From a virus: a DNA stretch of 64,000 nucleotides. The stretch is from positions 1 to 64,000 of the IMG/VR virus record IMGVR_UViG_3300028563_000018. One strand, written 5' to 3'. Shown piece after piece: positions 47,105 to 56,666 of this stretch. The position numbers and the translations under genes are program-made. Position 1 is the first letter of the stretch. Each line of letters opens with the position of its first letter. Below the pieces are notes generated by a model that did not search any database, had not been told where the DNA came from, and saw nothing but the letters and a program-made list of their open reading frames with translations.

Positions 47105-48955
47105 TCAGGCGTCCCGCAACGACCAGGAGTTCTGCTTCGTCACATAGAAGGTGCTCAAGCGAACGTGCCCTTTCTCGTGCAGGGCAATTCGCACGCCTGG
47201 AGGCGTGACTGTGTGCATCGCCACGGCGTGACCCGGTGTCATCGAAACGCCGACACCAGTCAGGAACAGCGTCCTTGAGGCGTAGTCGGCGAAGGACACC
47301 CCAAAATGGACGGAACACACCGCGCCAGATGGCAACACCGTCACGTGTGTATGAAGATTCGGAACTCCGACGTGGATCACACAAGACGCACCGGTTGCCA
47401 TGATTCCGTTCGAGCTCACCAGCGGCGAACCAGCGGCAGCGGCACTCGCCAATCCAGAGGGCAAGATCACGTAACGACTATGAAGAGTGCACGAGCCAGC
47501 ACTCGCGGACGACGCAACACCCGAAGGATGAATCTTTATCGTGCTAAGGAGCGTCACGGAGCCAGGGGTGGCAGCAACCGCCAGACTAGGGACCGCGATC
47601 GAGCCAGCTCGCGAAATAACGGTGTTGCCGGCCGTCACAGAAACGGCCTTCCCTGCGGGATGCATCGCGTAGCTCGGCGTCACGCTCGTTGATCCGGCGG
47701 TACAGGAAATCGACTTCCCTGTGGTGCTGATGTGCGCAATCGACTTCACACCCGGCGCGCCTGGCGTAACAGAGCAAACGAACCCCGTCGAAGAAATCGA
47801 TACGGCGCCGGGATGCAGCACGACAGATCCACATGTCACCGAGCACGCGAGTCCAGACGGAAGGACGTGTGCGATCGACTTGACGGCAGGGGTCCCGGTG
47901 GCAACCGAACACGAGAACCCAGTCGTCGAGACAGTAACGGCGCCTGCGTGCATTGAGATGGATCCCGCGGTGACGCTGCATGAAGCGCCCGTCACGGCAA
48001 CAGTGTTACGTCCCTTGACGGTCGGCGAACCCACATTGACCGAGCACGAGAACCCAGTCAGCGACCTCGAAACGGACCCCGGATGCAAGATCGGCGCACC
48101 ACACGCGACCGAACAGGAGAAACCAGTAGCCGAGATATATGAAATACCTTTCACAGTTGCGGATCCCGCCGTGACCGTGATGGCTTTTCCGGTTGTCGAA
48201 AGAGTGTTCTTGCTCTTTACGCTGACTGATCCTGGAGTCACCGTGCAAGCGACGCCAGTCGGGCTGATCGTTTGGAGCGGAGGTGCCGCCTTCCAGAGGG
48301 CGACACAAGCCGCCCACGTACCCGAGACGCTGAGCGTGGCCTGGTAAGTCTGTGCAGTCGCCGAAGAGAGAATGGCAGACCCAGTGATGGCGTTGTTCGA
48401 TGACGCCGTCAGCGCTCCATGCGTGACTTCGGTCCCAGCGCCGAACGGTGAAAACTGTCGCGACGACACGGTGGTCGCACTACCACTGCCAGACAGAAAC
48501 GCTATGCAGCCGATCGCCAGGTCCGCAGATCCGGCAGGAGTACCCGACGACCCAGAGGACGGAGACGTACTCGAAGCAGGCGTTCCTGCGTGAGAAACGT
48601 CAAGCGCCCCGGCGCCAGCGACCTCATAGAACTGCGATTGAACACCAGTCGAGTCGGCGAGCGCGATCGTAAAACTCGTGATGGATGCGGCGTTGGTGGT
48701 TGCCCAAATCGACGCTTCGCGATTGAACGCCGCGGTCGAAGAGACAATGCGCGTCCAAGTGTTGCCGGCGCTGTCGGTGACGCCCGTGACTTCCGGGTTG
48801 CCCGAGAAGTCAAACTTACTCAGCGTTGCGATCGCAAGGATCAGAAGCGCTCCTGCGGCAGTTGCCGTCAGTCCAGTCTTCTGATGTGAGGTTGCATTGG
48901 TCGCATCGTCGTAGGTGACGCCTGCGCCGCTACCATTCGTGATCGTGATTGCCAC
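47105..48955 (-). CDS. Ser/Thr-rich fibre/appendage protein with ~20-aa repeats
   Basis: Repeated 'TGFSCSVxxG' units; same repeat family as the adjacent esterase gene. Confidence 0.65.
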   Translation of the reverse strand: MAITITNGSGAGVTYDDATNATSHQKTGLTATAAGALLILAIATLSKFDFSGNPEVTGVTDSAGNTWTRIVSSTAAFNREASIWATTNAASITSFTIALADSTGVQSQFYEVAGAGALDVSHAGTPASSTSPSSGSSGTPAGSADLAIGCIAFLSGSGSATTVSSRQFSPFGAGTEVTHGALTASSNNAITGSAILSSATAQTYQATLSVSGTWAACVALWKAAPPLQTISPTGVACTVTPGSVSVKSKNTLSTTGKAITVTAGSATVKGISYISATGFSCSVACGAPILHPGSVSRSLTGFSCSVNVGSPTVKGRNTVAVTGASCSVTAGSISMHAGAVTVSTTGFSCSVATGTPAVKSIAHVLPSGLACSVTCGSVVLHPGAVSISSTGFVCSVTPGAPGVKSIAHISTTGKSISCTAGSTSVTPSYAMHPAGKAVSVTAGNTVISRAGSIAVPSLAVAATPGSVTLLSTIKIHPSGVASSASAGSCTLHSRYVILPSGLASAAAAGSPLVSSNGIMATGASCVIHVGVPNLHTHVTVLPSGAVCSVHFGVSFADYASRTLFLTGVGVSMTPGHAVAMHTVTPPGVRIALHEKGHVRLSTFYVTKQNSWSLRDA

Positions 48956-48983
48956 CGTGTTACCTCCCGGCGGATAACCCCGA

Positions 48984-49412
48984 TCAGTTCAGGCTGAAGA
49001 TGCGGTTGTTCCCGTTGTCGAAGGACACTGCGATGTCGCCGCCGTTGGGCGTGACGGCCGTGAAACCATCGATGTAGAGAATCGGCGTCGACCCGGCGTC
49101 GTTCGTCACGAACTTGTAGACGACGAGCGCAGCAACGGTCTTCGATCCGGATACCGAAACGGCCGTGAAGGTCGCGTCAGCCGCGTCGAATGCGATGACG
49201 TGCGAGTTGGTCACGATCGACAATGAACCGAGGGTCTGGTCTGTCGTCGATGCGTACCGAGTGATCGGCGTCATCGACGTCTGAGTGAGGTCAACCGTGT
49301 AGTCGGTGGCGACGTTGATCAGACCGATCTTGATCGTGTCCGAGTCGAGGTCGATGCGCGTTCCGGTCCCAAGGAACGCCTGCTTCGCAACGTCGTACAG
49401 GGCGGATGCCAT
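48984..49412 (-). CDS. virion structural protein
   Basis: 'IDLDSDTIKIGL...FDAADATF...TPNGGDI'; head-gene context. Confidence 0.55.
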   Translation of the reverse strand: MASALYDVAKQAFLGTGTRIDLDSDTIKIGLINVATDYTVDLTQTSMTPITRYASTTDQTLGSLSIVTNSHVIAFDAADATFTAVSVSGSKTVAALVVYKFVTNDAGSTPILYIDGFTAVTPNGGDIAVSFDNGNNRIFSLN

Positions 49413-49413
49413 G

Positions 49414-49716
49414 TCAACTCACTTCCCCGGCGGTGACTTCGGCCACTACGCCATCGGCTTCGATCGCCTGTGCTGCTGGTTGCACAGCGCCGCAGTTCTT
49501 GCAGAAGTTCTCTCCGCCTGACTGCGAACCACAGCTCGCGCAGATCGCGGGTCCACCAAGTGCCGACTGCAACGCCGCGTCGGCCTTGCGATACGCGTCG
49601 TTTACTGCGACACGCTTGGCCTTCCACTCGGTTTCGACGACTGCGTACTCGGCCTCGAACGCGCCGATCGCTTCGGCCGCTGCGTCGTGCTGGGCTTGCA
49701 GTTCTGCGAGTTCCAC
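49414..49716 (-). CDS. coiled-coil + zinc-ribbon protein
   Basis: RBS AAGGAG; 'CASCG...FCKNCG'. Confidence 0.55.
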   Translation of the reverse strand: MELAELQAQHDAAAEAIGAFEAEYAVVETEWKAKRVAVNDAYRKADAALQSALGGPAICASCGSQSGGENFCKNCGAVQPAAQAIEADGVVAEVTAGEVS

Positions 49717-49744
49717 GAGAATTTCTCCTTGGTTGGGATGACCC

Positions 49745-49780
49745 GCCTCCGACCGTGACCGCAAAACCACGGTCGGAGGC
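49745..49780 (-). terminator. hairpin downstream of the major capsid gene
   Basis: GCCTCCGACCGTG/CACGGTCGGAGGC 13-bp perfect stem. Confidence 0.6.
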
Positions 49781-49799
49781 GTCTCTCAGCCCCCCGAGA

Positions 49800-50972
49800 T
49801 CAGGTAGCAAGCACCTCGAGCACATAGGACAGGTCGAGGTGAGGGAACACCGGGAACGCCTTGATGCCGGTGCCTGCGTCGATGCCCCACGGGTCTTGCG
49901 AGGGCGGCGTCTCCCACTCGTAGTACCCGGAGGTCCAGTTGCCCTCGGGGTGTGGCGAGGTGAGCGTCTTGCCCCAACCCATCGCGTCGTCGAGCGCGTC
50001 GACCGACTGCTGCGAAGGCAGGAACAGGATCTTGTTGTCCGGCGAGAAGCGGTGCATGGTCCGCGTCGTCGCACCGTGCGCCCGAGTGAAGAACACCGAG
50101 TCGTACGGCTGAATCGAGATGCCTGTCGCTCGCTGGAACACGGCGAGTGCGGCTTGGATGCCGTCGCCCCAGTCGGGCAGCACGTACCGAGGGTCGATGA
50201 CCCCCGACGACGGACCACCAGCGACCGCCATGCCGGTGAGCGCAGCGAACTTGGAGCTCGTGACGATGTTGCGGATGACCTTCTCGGAAGCGAGAGCACG
50301 AGTGATCTCGACGCCGTAGTTGTCACGCATGAACTGCTTGACGGTGAGAGCGTTGCCGATTGGGTCGGCAGAGGTGCTGTCCCACGGCGTCACCGACGCG
50401 CCAGCCGAAGTCGTGGACAACGGAGCGCCACCGGTCTGCTGACCCGCCGGACGCTTGTAGTCGACGCTCAGGATGACCTTGCCGTCGTTGTAGGCGATCA
50501 CGCCTTCCCACATGGCCTGCATGATCAGCCACTCGAGACGGTTGTCGAGCTTCTTGCGCCGAAGGACCGCGTCACGCGCGTACCGACGATTGAAGTCGTC
50601 GAGGATGCCCGTCGTGATGGTGAGCGGAAGCGCGGACGGAAGCAGACCGTTGAGGTAGATCGCCTCCTGATACTTCGACACGTCGCTCGCCTGGTAGTGG
50701 TCCTTGATCGCCCAGTCGATGAGCGACGCCTGCCCCGTACCGAAGGTGTCTTCCTTCGCTGCGAGTTCGGACTCAGCGTCCTCTGCGCGAGCAGAGGCCA
50801 GACCGTCGGCCGTGTTCTGCACGTACTGGAAGATCACGTCATCGCTGTTGACGCTCTCAAACGGTGCGTACAGGTTGAGCCCGATGTGATCCTCAGGGAA
50901 GGAGCGCTCGCGGATGAGCCCGAGCATCTCTTCCTTGCGAACCAAACGATCCTGTGACGGGAACGTCGCCAT
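49800..50972 (-). CDS. major capsid protein (lambda gpE-like)
   Basis: 390 aa after protease and decoration genes; 'RLEWLIMQAMWEG...VDY', 'QDPWG...AFP'. Confidence 0.85.
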   Translation of the reverse strand: MATFPSQDRLVRKEEMLGLIRERSFPEDHIGLNLYAPFESVNSDDVIFQYVQNTADGLASARAEDAESELAAKEDTFGTGQASLIDWAIKDHYQASDVSKYQEAIYLNGLLPSALPLTITTGILDDFNRRYARDAVLRRKKLDNRLEWLIMQAMWEGVIAYNDGKVILSVDYKRPAGQQTGGAPLSTTSAGASVTPWDSTSADPIGNALTVKQFMRDNYGVEITRALASEKVIRNIVTSSKFAALTGMAVAGGPSSGVIDPRYVLPDWGDGIQAALAVFQRATGISIQPYDSVFFTRAHGATTRTMHRFSPDNKILFLPSQQSVDALDDAMGWGKTLTSPHPEGNWTSGYYEWETPPSQDPWGIDAGTGIKAFPVFPHLDLSYVLEVLAT

Positions 50973-51032
50973 CTTCCGAATCTCCTCGTACCGTGGGTTT
51001 GTGACGGAGTCGCTTTGCCGGCAGGCCCGTCA
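50973..51032 (-). promoter_or_regulatory. leader element D
   Basis: TGACGG/CCGTCA stem around GCCTGCCGGCAAAGCGACT, then AAACCCACGGTACGAGGAG upstream of the capsid ATG. Confidence 0.8.
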
Positions 51033-51049
51033 GGGATTGATCTTGCGTG

Positions 51050-51589
51050 TTACGACGGCAGCGGGAACTGGCCGTAGTCGGGCCCGAGGACCGCGGTTGC
51101 GGCCTGGCGGAAGATGATCTGCATCTTGGCGCCCTGAAAATCGGTGAGCGCCAAAATCGAGTCGGTCACGAGCTGGTCGAGCGTCTTCTGCACGCCGGAC
51201 TCGTATCCGTGGACATTGGCGGAGTTGCCAACCCCTTCGTAGACGATCGCGATGTCCACATCGCGCTCGTTCAACTGCCAGGGCAGGAACGTGTTGTTGA
51301 TGCCGATGATGTTCGCCTTCGTCTGGCGGCCATCCGAGGCACCACTGTCGAAGGGACCGACCTTGCCGACGTCGGCTGCGACGGTCCCACCAGCGGCGCT
51401 GGTGATCTTCGCCATGATCTGGCCGGTGTCGAGAATCACCATCGCGTTGCCGTCGATCGTGACACTCGGGCAAACCGCACACGCGACAGTCCACGACTCG
51501 AAGCGCAGACCCTTCGTGCTGCCGAGCCACTCGTTCTTGCCGAACGGCGTGCGGTAGTTCGGTCCCTTTTGGAAGCGGCCGGTGGTCAT
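51050..51589 (-). CDS. head decoration protein
   Basis: 'GQIMAKIT...GKVGPFDSGASDGRQ'; sits between protease and capsid. Confidence 0.7.
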   Translation of the reverse strand: MTTGRFQKGPNYRTPFGKNEWLGSTKGLRFESWTVACAVCPSVTIDGNAMVILDTGQIMAKITSAAGGTVAADVGKVGPFDSGASDGRQTKANIIGINNTFLPWQLNERDVDIAIVYEGVGNSANVHGYESGVQKTLDQLVTDSILALTDFQGAKMQIIFRQAATAVLGPDYGQFPLPS

Positions 51590-51635
51590 GCTGACTCCTC
51601 GTGATCTCTTTCAGGAAACTGGTGGAAACGCGAAC

Positions 51636-52700
51636 TCAGACGATCGCGTCGGCCGGACTGAGGACGATCAACCGCTGATAGCCAGCGGTCTTCTTGATCG
51701 CTTCGTCGCTCATGTTGGTGGAGCGGTGCATCGAGATCGTCTTGCGAAGACTCGCGATCTCCTGCTCCTGAGCATTGGCGCCCCCGTTGTTGTCGGTGTT
51801 GCCGTCGCCGGAGCTGGTCTGCTTCTTGAAGAGCGTCGGCGCGTTGTCGTAGGTCTTGCACCACGCCGCATACGCCGCGTCGTCGAGGGACTTGGCGAAG
51901 GTCTTGAGGTCATCCGCTTGCGGAGCGCCAACCTTGTTGTCGGTGACGAGCTTGTCGACGAAGGCTTCGCGACCGGCCGTCAGTTGCTCCGAGCGGAAGG
52001 TCTGGAGAGCCATGTTCTCGGTCTCCAGTGAAGCGATGTGCTCCTGCACCTTCGCGTAGTCGGCGACGTCGGCACCGGCGATGCGGAACGTCTGCCCAGC
52101 TTCGGGGCGCTTTTCGAGCTCGGCGATGTACGCCTGCACGTCCTCGACGTTAGAAGTCTCGACGCCGCGGATGCGAAAGGTCGTGGTCACTGGATCCTCC
52201 GTTGATTCACGGCGAAAGCCCAAGCCTTCGACCGCCGAAATGTCGACAAACGCCATCCCGAGTAGTGCCGGGTACAGCGTTTCGGGGGTTGCTCCGTTGG
52301 TCTCGTACGGGCCAACTTCGATGGAGCGGTTGCGGTACGTCTTGCGGGCGTACTTCTCGGCGCCGTCGGGTTCGGTGAACTCGATGTCACCAGTGAGGAA
52401 CTCGCCGTCGACGCGAACGCCGGTGAAGTAACCCTTGACCTTCTCGACCGAGAACCCGTGGTCAGCGCGCACGGGCGGGCTCGGGAACACGGGCTGCAAC
52501 TTCTGGAAGTTGGCAACGATGTTCTGAAGGTCGTCAGTCGTCCAGGTGCGCTGGACACCGCGCGAGTCCTTGAAGGTCCCGGCGCGGAAGATCTTCAAGC
52601 CACGAACGATCTTCGTCCCTCGATCCGTATCTTCCAGAGGCGGCATACCCTCGGAGATTGCGAAGAGGTGGCTCGTGTGCTCGAGCTCGGTAACGGTCAC
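51636..52700 (-). CDS. capsid maturation protease/scaffold (Mu gpI-like)
   Basis: 'IFRAGTF', 'VRADH', 'YRNRSIE', 'AVEGL', then a coiled scaffold region. Confidence 0.75.
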   Translation of the reverse strand: MTVTELEHTSHLFAISEGMPPLEDTDRGTKIVRGLKIFRAGTFKDSRGVQRTWTTDDLQNIVANFQKLQPVFPSPPVRADHGFSVEKVKGYFTGVRVDGEFLTGDIEFTEPDGAEKYARKTYRNRSIEVGPYETNGATPETLYPALLGMAFVDISAVEGLGFRRESTEDPVTTTFRIRGVETSNVEDVQAYIAELEKRPEAGQTFRIAGADVADYAKVQEHIASLETENMALQTFRSEQLTAGREAFVDKLVTDNKVGAPQADDLKTFAKSLDDAAYAAWCKTYDNAPTLFKKQTSSGDGNTDNNGGANAQEQEIASLRKTISMHRSTNMSDEAIKKTAGYQRLIVLSPADAIV

Positions 52701-52759
52701 GAGTGAGCACGATAAATGGACGTCTTACGAGTGCGCCACGGTTGCACGCAAATCTTTAT

Positions 52760-53029
52760 CTAAATAACGCGCGCCAGCACTCTCGGGATAGGTTCATCAG
52801 GTTGAACCTCGACGCGGTCTTTGCCAACAATGACCTGCGTCCACCTGAGACATTCCCGGCATGCGACGTCCACAGTGCCGGCCGTCACGACGACTTCACC
52901 GAACACGCGACCCTGCTTGAACACCTTCAGGTGGACATACGCCTCACCGCGTTCGGTGATACCGTAGACCGCGAGTTTGGGATGGCGCGAACAGAAGCAG
53001 CGCAAGTCGTGCTCTGTGCGCGCGGGCAT
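52760..53029 (-). CDS. small zinc-ribbon protein (Mu Com-like)
   Basis: 'DLRCFC...KLA...VACREC'. Confidence 0.5.
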   Translation of the reverse strand: MPARTEHDLRCFCSRHPKLAVYGITERGEAYVHLKVFKQGRVFGEVVVTAGTVDVACRECLRWTQVIVGKDRVEVQPDEPIPRVLARVI

Positions 53030-54795
53030 CAGACCAGCTCGCCCTCAAGCACCGTCTCGAACATGCTTCGGAACTCCGACGTGAGGTCCACGACCGGGAA
53101 CACATCCGTCGCCCACACCTCAAGCCGGTACAAGATCTCATCGGCCTCGTCGGCGTCGCCCACCACGTCGGCGAACTGACGACGGAATCCCAGGTCGGGA
53201 TCGAACTGCTCGACGCCGTCGTACTTCGCCTTTTGGAACTGCGCTGTGATGCGCTCGGCGAGCTTGTGTCGAATGACGCCAGCGTCGCCAGACTTCGGGA
53301 CCTTGCGGTCCTGGTGCGACCCACGCGAGATCCGCTTGTCGCGTTGACGCGTAGTGGCTGGCGTGCTCGACGGGGGCGTGCTCGACGTGGGAATCGTTGG
53401 CGCTTCGGGGATCGGGCCACTCGGATTCGCTGTCGGATGGTCCGGATCCTCGCCCAGCACATTCGTCGGACGCACGAGCATCGAGATGTCTTCCAGGGTG
53501 ATCCCGATGGCTTCACCGAGCTCGAATGCCGACGGCTTCACGTCGCCGACACGAACCGACTCCATCACAAGAGCGCGCAGCGTCTCCTGGTTGTCCTTCC
53601 CGAACTTCTTCGGAACCCACTGGGCCGGCGGAGCATTCACGCCGAAGTTCAGGTCCTTGATGCGCTTGATGAGATAGCGATCGATGTACTCTTTCCAGTC
53701 TCCAGAGAAGGCGTTGAGACTCCACATGTAGACCATCATGTGGACCTGCACCTGGTTGAGACTGCCGTTCTCGCCAAGTCGCATGCTGGACAGCGGCGTG
53801 AACATCCCAAGCGAGATCTCCTCGTCGAGACGCATCAAGTACCGCTCCCAGTCGGCACCGCGCATCTGGGACTCAAGAAACTCGATATCGAAGTCGTATT
53901 CGCTCGCCCCACCGTTGCCGACCGGCGTGCGCGAACTCGGCAGCACGACGACGCCACGGTTCCTCAAGTTCATGAGGATGTCTTCCATTGCAGTCTTGCC
54001 GTTGACGGTGTTGCCGTTAGCGTCGACCACTTCGCTCTCGAAATCGGCACGTCCTACCGGCACGGGCTCGCCGAACCGTTCGTAGTACCGATTTGAGAAC
54101 AAGTGGATCAACTGCGAGAAGAACCAAGGGATGAAGGCGGGCTTGAGGAGCTTGCGACCGTAGTAGTCGCCGTTCCGCATGAGGCACGGGTACCAGAGCG
54201 TGTAGTCAGCCGGAATCACATTGGCGCCACCGGCACGCCCGAACGCCGTCTGCCAGATGCCGTCGTACTCGTAGAGTTTCACTGGAGCAAAGCCGCCGGG
54301 GAGCGACGGCGACCCCTGAACCTCTTTCCAGTTGACGCGACACTCTTCGGGAAGAAGATCTTTGATCTTGGAGACGATGATGCTCTTACTGGGACCGTCG
54401 TTGTCGTACTCGACTACGTTGGGCGAGAAGCCGAGCGTGAACGCCTGCGAGAGCCCGCGCACGAGTCGCGTCCAAACTGGACGTAGGATGTCGTCGATCT
54501 TCTTGGCGATGCGCGCGTCGTCGCACTGAATTTGCCAATCATTCTGGTGCATCATGAACATCAGGATCGACGTGGACGCGTTCACCTGGTAATGCGGCTC
54601 CATCGCTCGGTAATCGGCGAGCGTCAGCTTCGACAGGTCGAATGCGAGGGTCGCACCCCCCGGGAAGTTCAAGTAGGTGAGATCGCGCCCCGCCCATGCG
54701 CCGTACTGTGGACCGAGCTTCGGCGCTGGAGCCTTCGTGTAAGTCGCGTCAGCTCGCGCACTCTGTGGGATCCAGAGCGAGGACGCAGCACTCAT
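53029..54795 (-). CDS. portal protein (Mu gp29/DUF935-like)
   Basis: Follows terminase; 'YGRKLLKPAF', 'ERFGEPVP'. Confidence 0.8.
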   Translation of the reverse strand: MSAASSLWIPQSARADATYTKAPAPKLGPQYGAWAGRDLTYLNFPGGATLAFDLSKLTLADYRAMEPHYQVNASTSILMFMMHQNDWQIQCDDARIAKKIDDILRPVWTRLVRGLSQAFTLGFSPNVVEYDNDGPSKSIIVSKIKDLLPEECRVNWKEVQGSPSLPGGFAPVKLYEYDGIWQTAFGRAGGANVIPADYTLWYPCLMRNGDYYGRKLLKPAFIPWFFSQLIHLFSNRYYERFGEPVPVGRADFESEVVDANGNTVNGKTAMEDILMNLRNRGVVVLPSSRTPVGNGGASEYDFDIEFLESQMRGADWERYLMRLDEEISLGMFTPLSSMRLGENGSLNQVQVHMMVYMWSLNAFSGDWKEYIDRYLIKRIKDLNFGVNAPPAQWVPKKFGKDNQETLRALVMESVRVGDVKPSAFELGEAIGITLEDISMLVRPTNVLGEDPDHPTANPSGPIPEAPTIPTSSTPPSSTPATTRQRDKRISRGSHQDRKVPKSGDAGVIRHKLAERITAQFQKAKYDGVEQFDPDLGFRRQFADVVGDADEADEILYRLEVWATDVFPVVDLTSEFRSMFETVLEGELV

Positions 54796-56666
54796 CAAGG
54801 TCTCCAGGTCGTAGGAGGCAACGGAGCACGGACACCCGAAGCCCCCATAAATGCGGGGTGCGAGAGGCCGGATCCGCCAACTGCAACTTGTTGTTCCTGT
54901 CGCTCTTGCCGACGGTTCTCAAACGAGACGACTTTGCGTCGAAAGGCTCGATCGCCCATCAGCTTGTAAGTGACAGCCGCTACAGCATCGGCTACGTCCT
55001 TGGAGCCGCGCAAGGCTGGGTGGTCGATCTTCTTGCCCTGATCGACGAGTTCAGACATCTCTTTCAAGATGATCGGCACCAACTCCGTCGAGCCATGATC
55101 GATGTGAACCATGTAAGGAGGCAATTCGATGCGGTCTTCGTACAGAGCGTCGCGCAGGTCGTAGTAAGGCACGAGATCCTTGTCGACCGAAACAACCTCA
55201 CTGAAGATTCGACGCGCCTGCAACTGCTGGCGCGTGTCGACGCCCTGGAAGCCGTCGAGGCTCACGAACTTCAACTTGAACTTTCGATAGTCCTTCAACG
55301 AATAGATGAACTGGCGAACAGCTTGCAGGTATACCTCGCCACCTGCGGGAGCCTTCACGCGGTAGCAGAGGTCGATGACGATGTAGGGCTTGAGTTCGCC
55401 GCCGACTTCCTCGACGCCCTGAACGTGACCCATCGCGAACCCAAGGCTGTCGCCCTTGGCGCTGTAGGCGATGTCGATGTGACCGACACGCGGGATCGAA
55501 TCCGTCGCCATGAAATCGCGATCGAGAATTCCCTCCGGCGACACCGGCGACACCGGGCCGTATCGTTGCTGCCAGCGATCGATCGCTTCCTCGATCTTGT
55601 GCGGCATGCTGATGAATGGATCGCCGACCGCCGGCGGGATGCCAGCGAGGTCTTTCAGTGCCTTCTCGGGCGCCGAGTCGAACTCGCGCTTGTAGAGCGT
55701 CGGGATTCTGATGATCGTGTCGCTCGAGCCGAGCACCGTCGCGAGCTGTTCGGTGATGACCTGCTTGCGCTTCGTGTCGTACGGAAAGGTGTGGTACTCG
55801 CCACACGTAGCGCCGACAGCAAGCGCCTCATTCTCGGGGTGCGGGCCAACCTTCTTGCACTGATACTGCTCATGCTTGAGCCCGTACGACTCCCAAATCG
55901 TCATACGCTTCGCGTAGGCGTCGTCCCGATCGCTGAACTCTTCAAACATCCGGTGAGCGAACCCGTCCCCGCTCTTCATCTGCCCGATGACGAGCACGAA
56001 ACCCTTGTCGCCGAACCGGGAATCGACACGGTTGGCGATGGTCTCGTAACCGATCTGCGCGTAGTCCTTGGTCGCCGTGACGATGTGCGAGTCGGCCTCG
56101 TCGAGGATGCCGCCCAGGATGTTGTAGCCCTCAAAGGTCGTCTCGTGACTGTCGCCAGGAAGGATCCAGATCTCTTTCGGAAATCGAAGTTGGTTCTTGA
56201 AGATCGGATCGTACGGGAAGTTCTGAAACCACCGCGAGTGCTTGATCCGTGCCTTAATATCGCCGAAGACGACTTCCTTGGCTTGCGTCTCACTCGTCGA
56301 CATCTGCATGAAGGCGATGCGCGAACCGGGCAGCAGGTTGTAGTACTCCTGCGGATCTTCCATGCAGAGCACGTAGTGGGAGAGATAACTCAGAATCACC
56401 GATGCAATTGTCGTCTTGCCGATCCCAATCGCGCCGGTCAAGATCCCGCGCGCGACCTCCGTGATGTGGTCGCCTGAGGTCTCCTCGCCAAACAGATCAA
56501 CGAGACACTCCTTGATGGAGGTGCGGATCCGAGCGGCGACATCGAGGTAGCCGACATCGAGAAACTCTAGGATCGTTGCCGGCCGTTGCTCAAACTGGGA
56601 ATTCTTCTTCAGCCAGTTGAGTTCGTAGACCTGGTCAAAACTCGGAGTCGTCAGGCTCTTCGCCAT
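54795..56666 (-). CDS. terL: terminase large subunit
   Basis: Walker A 'GAIGIGKT', Walker B 'GILDEA', nuclease 'HIDIA', 'LDGFQ', 'SKDVADAV'. Confidence 0.9.
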   Translation of the reverse strand: MAKSLTTPSFDQVYELNWLKKNSQFEQRPATILEFLDVGYLDVAARIRTSIKECLVDLFGEETSGDHITEVARGILTGAIGIGKTTIASVILSYLSHYVLCMEDPQEYYNLLPGSRIAFMQMSTSETQAKEVVFGDIKARIKHSRWFQNFPYDPIFKNQLRFPKEIWILPGDSHETTFEGYNILGGILDEADSHIVTATKDYAQIGYETIANRVDSRFGDKGFVLVIGQMKSGDGFAHRMFEEFSDRDDAYAKRMTIWESYGLKHEQYQCKKVGPHPENEALAVGATCGEYHTFPYDTKRKQVITEQLATVLGSSDTIIRIPTLYKREFDSAPEKALKDLAGIPPAVGDPFISMPHKIEEAIDRWQQRYGPVSPVSPEGILDRDFMATDSIPRVGHIDIAYSAKGDSLGFAMGHVQGVEEVGGELKPYIVIDLCYRVKAPAGGEVYLQAVRQFIYSLKDYRKFKLKFVSLDGFQGVDTRQQLQARRIFSEVVSVDKDLVPYYDLRDALYEDRIELPPYMVHIDHGSTELVPIILKEMSELVDQGKKIDHPALRGSKDVADAVAAVTYKLMGDRAFRRKVVSFENRRQERQEQQVAVGGSGLSHPAFMGASGVRAPLPPTTWRP

